From NCBI GenBank assembly GCA_964016885.1, contig OZ024741.1, positions 396,428,001 to 396,492,000 on the forward strand: 64,000 bases of DNA. The letters are read 5' to 3'. Position 1 is the stretch's first letter, and the number at the start of each line of letters is the position of its first letter. Below, piece by piece: positions 58,661 to 64,000 of this stretch. The stretch comes from Eledone cirrhosa (taxonomy: Eukaryota). The notes under the pieces were generated by a model. It saw only the letters and a list, made by a program, of their open reading frames with translations. It did no database searches and was not told where the DNA came from. Made by a program: the position numbers and the translations under genes.

Positions 58661-60646
58661 ACCACAAGGGTCAAAGTGCATCAATCAGTCAGACCACAAG
58701 GGTCAAAGTGGATCAATCAGTCACACCACAAGGGTCAAAGTGCATCAATCAGTCACACCACAAGAGTCAAGGGGCACCAATCAGTCACACCACAAGGGTC
58801 AAATTCCTTCAATCAGTCACACCACAAGGGTCAAAGTGCATCAATCAGTCACACCTCAAGACTCAAAGTGCATCAATCAGTCACACCACAAGGGTCAAAG
58901 TGCATCAATCAGTCACACCACGAGAGTCAAAGTGCATCAATCAGTCACACGACAAGGGTCAAAGTGCATCAATCAGTCACACCACAAGGGTCAAAGTGCA
59001 TCAATCAGTAACACCACAAGAGTCAAACAGCATCAATCAGTCACACCACAAGGGTCAACGTGCATCAATCAGTCACACCACAAGGGTCAAAGTGCATCAA
59101 TCAGTCACACCACAAGGGTCAAAGTGCATCAATCAGTCACACCACAAGGGTCAAAGTGCATCAATCAGCCACACCACAAGGGTCAAAGTGCATCAATCAG
59201 TCACACCACAAGAGTCAAAGTGCATCAATCAGCCACACCACAAGAGTCAAAGTGCATCAATCAGTTACACCACAAGAGTCAAAGTGCATCAATCAGTCAC
59301 ACCACAAGGGTGAAAGTGCATCAATCAGCCACACCACAAGGGTCAAAGTGCATCAATCAGTCACACCACAAGAGTCAAAGTGCATCAATCAGACACACCA
59401 CAAGAGTCAAAGTGCATCAATCAGTGACACCACAAGGGTCAAAGTGCTTCAATCAGTCACACCACAAGAGTCAAAGTGTTTCAATCAGTCACACCACAAG
59501 AGTCAAAGTGCATCAATCAGTCACACCACAAGGGTCAAATTCCTTCAATCAGTCACACCACAAGGGTCAAAGTGCATCAATCAGTCACACCACATGGGTC
59601 AAAGTGCATCAATCAGTCACACCACAAGAGTCAAAGTGCTTCAATCAGTCACACCACAAGGGTCAAATTCCTTCAATCAGTCACACCACAAGGGTCAAAG
59701 TGCATCAATCAGTCACACCAGAAGGGTCAAAGTGCATCAATCAGTCACACCACAAGGGTCAAAGTGCATCAATCAGTCACACCACAAGGGTCAAATTCCT
59801 TCAATCAGTCACACCACAAGAGTCAAAGTGCATCAATCAGTCACACCACAAGAGTCAAAGTGCTTCAATCAGTCACACCACAAGGGTCAAATTCCTTCAA
59901 TCAGTCACACCACAAGGGTCAAAGTGCATCAATCAGTCACACCACAAGAGTCAAAGTGCATCAATCAGTCACACCACAAGGGTCAAAGTGCATCAATCAG
60001 TCACACCACAAGAGTCAAAGTGCATCAATCAGTCACACCACAAGGGTCAAAGTGCATCAATCAGTCACACCACAAGGGTCAAAGTGCATCAATCAGTCAC
60101 ACCACAAGAGTCAAAGTGCATCAATCAGTCACACCACAAGGGTCAAAGTGCATCAATCAGTCACACCACAAGGGTCAAAGTGCATCAATCAGTCACACCA
60201 CAAGGGTCAAAGTGCATCAATCAGTCACACCACACGAGTCAAAGTGCATCAATCAGTCACACCACAAGGGTCAAAGTGCATCAATCAGTCACACCACAAG
60301 GGTCAAAGTGCATTACAGTCACACCACAAGTGTCAAAGTGCATCAATCAGTCACACCACAAGGGTCAAAGAGCATCAATCAGTCACACAACAAGAGTCAA
60401 AGTGCATCAATCAGCCACACCACAAGGTTAAAGTGCATCAATCAGTCACACCACAAGGGTCAAAGTGCATCAATCAGTCACACCACAAGAGTCAAAGTGC
60501 ATCAATCAGTCACACCACAAGGGTCAAATTCCTTCAATCAGTCACACCACAAGGGTCAAAGTGCATCAATCAGTCACACCACAAGATTCAAAGTGCATCA
60601 ATCAGTCACACCACAAGGGTCAAAGTGCATCAATCAGTCACACCAC
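56755..60646 (+). repeat. Near-tandem duplication at a 1,981-bp offset (62 monomers minus 3 bp) within the ~6-kb HOR
   Basis: ORF starts 57079/59060, 57495/59476 and 58484/60465, and marker CCACATGGG at 57609/59590, are all offset by 1981. Confidence 0.88.
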
Positions 60647-60649
60647 GAG

Positions 60650-63600
60650 GGTCAAAGTGCATCAATCAGTCACACGACAAGGGTCAAAGTGCATCAATCA
60701 GTCACACCACAAGGGTCAAAGTGCATCAATCAGTCAGACCACAAGGGTCAAAGTGGATCAATCAGTCACACCACAAGAGTCAAAGTGCATCAATCAGTCA
60801 CACCACAAGAGTCAAAGTGCTTCAATCAGTCACACCACAAGGGTCAATTTCCTTCAATCAGTCACACCACAAGGGTCAAAGTGCATCAATCAGTCACACC
60901 ACAAGGGTCAAAGTGCATCAATCAGTCACACCACAAGGGTCAAAGTGCATCAATCAGTCACACCACAAGAGTCAAAGTGCATCAATCAGTCACACCACAA
61001 GGGTCAAAGTGCATCAATCAGTCACACCACAAGGGTCAAAGTGCATCAATCAGTCACACCACAAGAGTCAAAGTGCATCAATCAGTCACACCACAAGGGT
61101 CAAAGTGCATCAATCAGTCACACCACAAGGGTCAAAGTGCATCAATCAGTCACACCACAAGGGTCAAAGTGCATCAATCAGTCACACCACAAGAGTCAAA
61201 GTGCATCAATCAGTCACACCACAAGGGTCAAATTCCTTCAATCAGTCACACCACAAGAGTCAAAGTGCATCAATCAGTCACACCACAAGGGTCAAAGTGC
61301 ATCAATCAGTTACACCACAAGGGTCAAAGTGCATCACAGTCACACCACAAGTGTCAAAGTGCATCAATCAGTCACACCACAAGGGTCAAAGAGCATCAAT
61401 CAGTCACACAACAAGAGTCAAAGTGCATCAATCAGCCACACCACAAGGTTAAAGTGCATCAATCAGTCACACCACAAGGGTCAAAGTGCATCAATCAGTC
61501 AGACCACAAGGGTCAAAGTGGATCAATCAGTCACACCACAAGGGTCAAAGTGCATCAATCAATCACACCACAAGGGTCAAAGTGCATCAATCAGTCACAC
61601 CACAAGAGTCAAGGGGCACCAATCAGTCACACCACAAGGGTCAAATTCCTTCAATCAGTCACACCACAAGGGTCAAAGTGCATCAATCAGTCACACCTCA
61701 AGAGTCAAAGTGCATCAATCAGTCACACCACAAGGGTCAAAGTGCATCAATCAGTCACACCACGAGGGTCAAAGTGCATCAATCAGTCACACGACAAGGG
61801 TCAAAGTGCATCAATCAGTCACACCACAAGGGTCAAAGTGCATCAATCAGTCACACCACAAGGGTCAAAGTGCATCAATCAGTCACACCACAAGAGTCAA
61901 AGTGCATCAATCAGTCACACCACAAGGGTCAAATTCCTTCAATCAGTCACACCACAAGAGTCAAAGTGCATCAATCAGTCACACCACAAGGGTCAAAGTG
62001 CATCAATCAGTTACACCACAAGGGTCAAAGTGCATCAATCAGTCACACCACACGAGTCAAAGTGCATCAATCAGTCACACCACAAGGGTCAAAGTGCATC
62101 AATCAGTCACACCACAAGGGTCAAAGTGCATCACAGTCACACCACAAGTGTCAAAGTGCATCAATCAGTCACACCACAAGGGTCAAAGAGCATCAATCAG
62201 TCACACAACAAGAGTCAAAGTGCATCAATCAGCCACACCACAAGGTTAAAGTGCATCAATCAGTCACACCACAAGGGTCAAAGTGCATCAATCAGTCAGA
62301 CCACAAGGGTCAAAGTGGATCAATCAGTCACACCACAAGGGTCAAAGTGCATCAATCAATCACACCACAAGGGTCAAAGTGCATCAATCAGTCACACCAC
62401 AAGAGTCAAGGGGCACCAATCAGTCACACCACAAGGGTCAAATTCCTTCAATCAGTCACACCACAAGGGTCAAAGTGCATCAATCAGTCACACCTCAAGA
62501 GTCAAAGTGCATCAATCAGTCACACCACAAGGGTCAAAGTGCATCAATCAGTCACACCACGAGGGTCAAAGTGCATCAATCAGTCACACGACAAGGGTCA
62601 AAGTGCATCAATCAGTCACACCACAAGGGTCAAAGTGCATCAATCAGTCACACCACAAGGGTCAAAGTGCATCAATCAGTCACACCACAAGGGTCAAAGT
62701 GCATCAATCAGTCACACCACAAGAGTCAAAGTGCATCAATCAGTCACACCACAAGGGTCAAATTCCTTCAATCAGTCACACCACAAGAGTCAAAGTGCAT
62801 CAATCAGTCACACCACAAGGGTCAAAGTGCATCAATCAGTCACACCACAAGAGTCAAATTCCTTCAATCAGTCACACCACAAGGGTCAAATTCCTTCAAT
62901 CAGTCACACCACAAGGGTCAAAGTGCATCACAGTCACACCACAAGTGTCAAAGTGCATCAATCAGTCACACCACAAGGGTCAAAGAGCATCAATCAGTCA
63001 CACAACAAGAGTCAAAGTGCATCAATCAGCCACACCACAAGGTTAAAGTGCATCAATCAGTCACACCACAAGGGTCAAAGTGCATCAATCAGTCAGACCA
63101 CAAGGGTCAAAGTGGATCAATCAGTCACACCACAAGAGTCAAATTCCTTCAATCAGTCACACCACAAGGGTCAAATTCCTTCAATCAGTCACACCACAAG
63201 GGTCAAAGTGCATCAATCAGTCACACCACAAGGGTCAAAGTGCATCAATCAGTCACACCACAAGGGTCAAAGTGCATCAATCAGTCACACCACAAGAGTC
63301 AAAGTGCATCAATCAGTCACACCACAAGGGTCAAAGTGCATCAATCAGTCACACCACAAGGGTCAAAGTGCATCAATCAGTCACACCACAAGAGTCAAAG
63401 TGCATCAATCAGTCACACCACAAGAGTCAAAGTGCATCAATCAGTCACACCACAAGCGTCAAAGTGCATCAATCAGTTACACCACAAGGGTCAAAGTGCA
63501 TCAATCAGTCACACCACACGAGTCAAAGTGCATCAATCAGTCACACCACAAGGGTCAAAGTGCATCAATCAGTCACACCACAAGGGTCAAAGTGCATCAC

Positions 63601-64000
63601 AGTCACACCACAAGTGTCAAAGTGCATCAATCAGTCACACCACAAGGGTCAAAGAGCATCAATCAGTCACACAACAAGAGTCAAAGTGCATCAATCAGCC
63701 ACACCACAAGGTTAAAGTGCATCAATCAGTCACACCACAAGGGTCAAAGTGCATCAATCAGTCAGACCACAAGGGTCAAAGTGGATCAATCAGTCACACC
63801 ACAAGGGTCAAAGTGCATCAATCAATCACACCACAAGGGTCAAAGTGCATCAATCAGTCACACCACAAGAGTCAAGGGGCACCAATCAGTCACACCACAA
63901 GGGTCAAATTCCTTCAATCAGTCACACCACAAGGGTCAAAGTGCATCAATCAGTCACACCTCAAGAGTCAAAGTGCATCAATCAGTCACACCACAAGGGT
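60650..64000 (+). repeat. Further partial copy of the ~6-kb HOR, with a 96-bp (3-monomer) deletion near 61.32 kb and the same 160-bp deletion as the preceding copy
   Basis: ORF 60465..62249 (594 aa) is 32 aa shorter than 52707..54587 (626 aa). ORF 63080..63715 matches 55418..56053 at offset 7662, and 5777+1981-96=7662. AAGCGTC at 63454. Confidence 0.88.

Larger units (their letters stand above)
1..64000 (+). repeat. Tandem satellite array of a 32-bp monomer (GTCAAAGTGCATCAATCAGTCACACCACAAG[G/A]), about 2,000 copies in one orientation, running past both window edges
   Basis: The monomer is directly readable throughout (exact consensus copy at 507-538; A-ending variant at 61-92). Consensus composition is A12 C9 G6 T5. 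Most copies differ from consensus by 0-3 substitutions and only a few have 1-5 bp indels. No non-repeat sequence seen. Confidence 0.99.

Noticed and set aside
3-63715. About 100 long overlapping + strand ORFs (up to 1,518 aa) as protein-coding genes
   Set aside because: They overlap in all three frames with the same repeat peptide. There is no consensus ATG and no unique N- or C-terminal domain, and the ends are set by sporadic variant stops. A stop-free 32-bp monomer explains them fully.
1-64000. CRISPR array (32-bp repeat starting GTC)
   Set aside because: Repeats abut directly with no unique spacers. The variable positions are only a few substitutions. No leader, cas genes or clear palindromic stem.
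1-64000. Telomerase-synthesised telomere tract
   Set aside because: Multi-kb blocks of variants are copied in register, which points to recombination or replication-based amplification rather than templated addition. The unit is not a telomere repeat I recognise.
1-64000. Rolling-circle or sequencing concatemer, or synthetic repeat
   Set aside because: Variants are not random errors on one template. They form nested, inherited patterns with several periods. Local assembly errors in copy number remain possible.
1-64000. C2H2 zinc-finger or mucin-type repeat gene suggested by the Cys/His/Ser/Thr-rich translation
   Set aside because: Only one Cys per 32 aa, no C-x2-4-C...H-x3-5-H spacing or TGEKP linker, the DNA unit is not a multiple of 3, and frameshifts and stops are tolerated.
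1-64000. G/A polymorphism at monomer position 32 as an information-bearing binary code
   Set aside because: Its pattern follows the higher-order duplications and I saw no independent regularity. It is useful only as a marker (the A form creates a HinfI GAGTC site).
1-64000. Embedded transposon, tRNA/rRNA gene, inversion or unique island
   Set aside because: Reading through the window I found no departure from the monomer beyond a few bases and no reverse-orientation monomers.

Overview
The whole 64 kb window is one uninterrupted head-to-tail tandem array (satellite DNA) of about 2,000 copies of a 32-bp monomer, consensus GTCAAAGTGCATCAATCAGTCACACCACAAG(G/A). I saw no unique sequence, spacers, transposon fragments, inversions or array ends. 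The long + strand ORFs are a by-product of the repeat: the monomer has no + strand stop triplet and 32 is not a multiple of 3, so all three + frames give the same 32-aa repeat. No gene is called. The informative signal is in the variant monomers, which reveal nested higher-order repeats (HORs). The left part (about 1-18 kb) has a degenerate, shuffled 3.2-4.5 kb period. A near-perfect 3,230-bp tandem duplication lies at about 18.4-24.9 kb, with a third related copy at about 27-32 kb. The right half is a young, homogeneous ~6-kb HOR (offsets 6,036, 5,937, 5,777 and 7,662 bp) containing 797-bp (25-monomer) sub-units. The organism, chromosomal position and function cannot be determined from this window; a eukaryotic heterochromatic or centromere-type satellite is the most economical reading. 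I found no evidence for a new protein-coding system. HOR boundaries were read by eye from diagnostic variants and are approximate to within one or two monomers.
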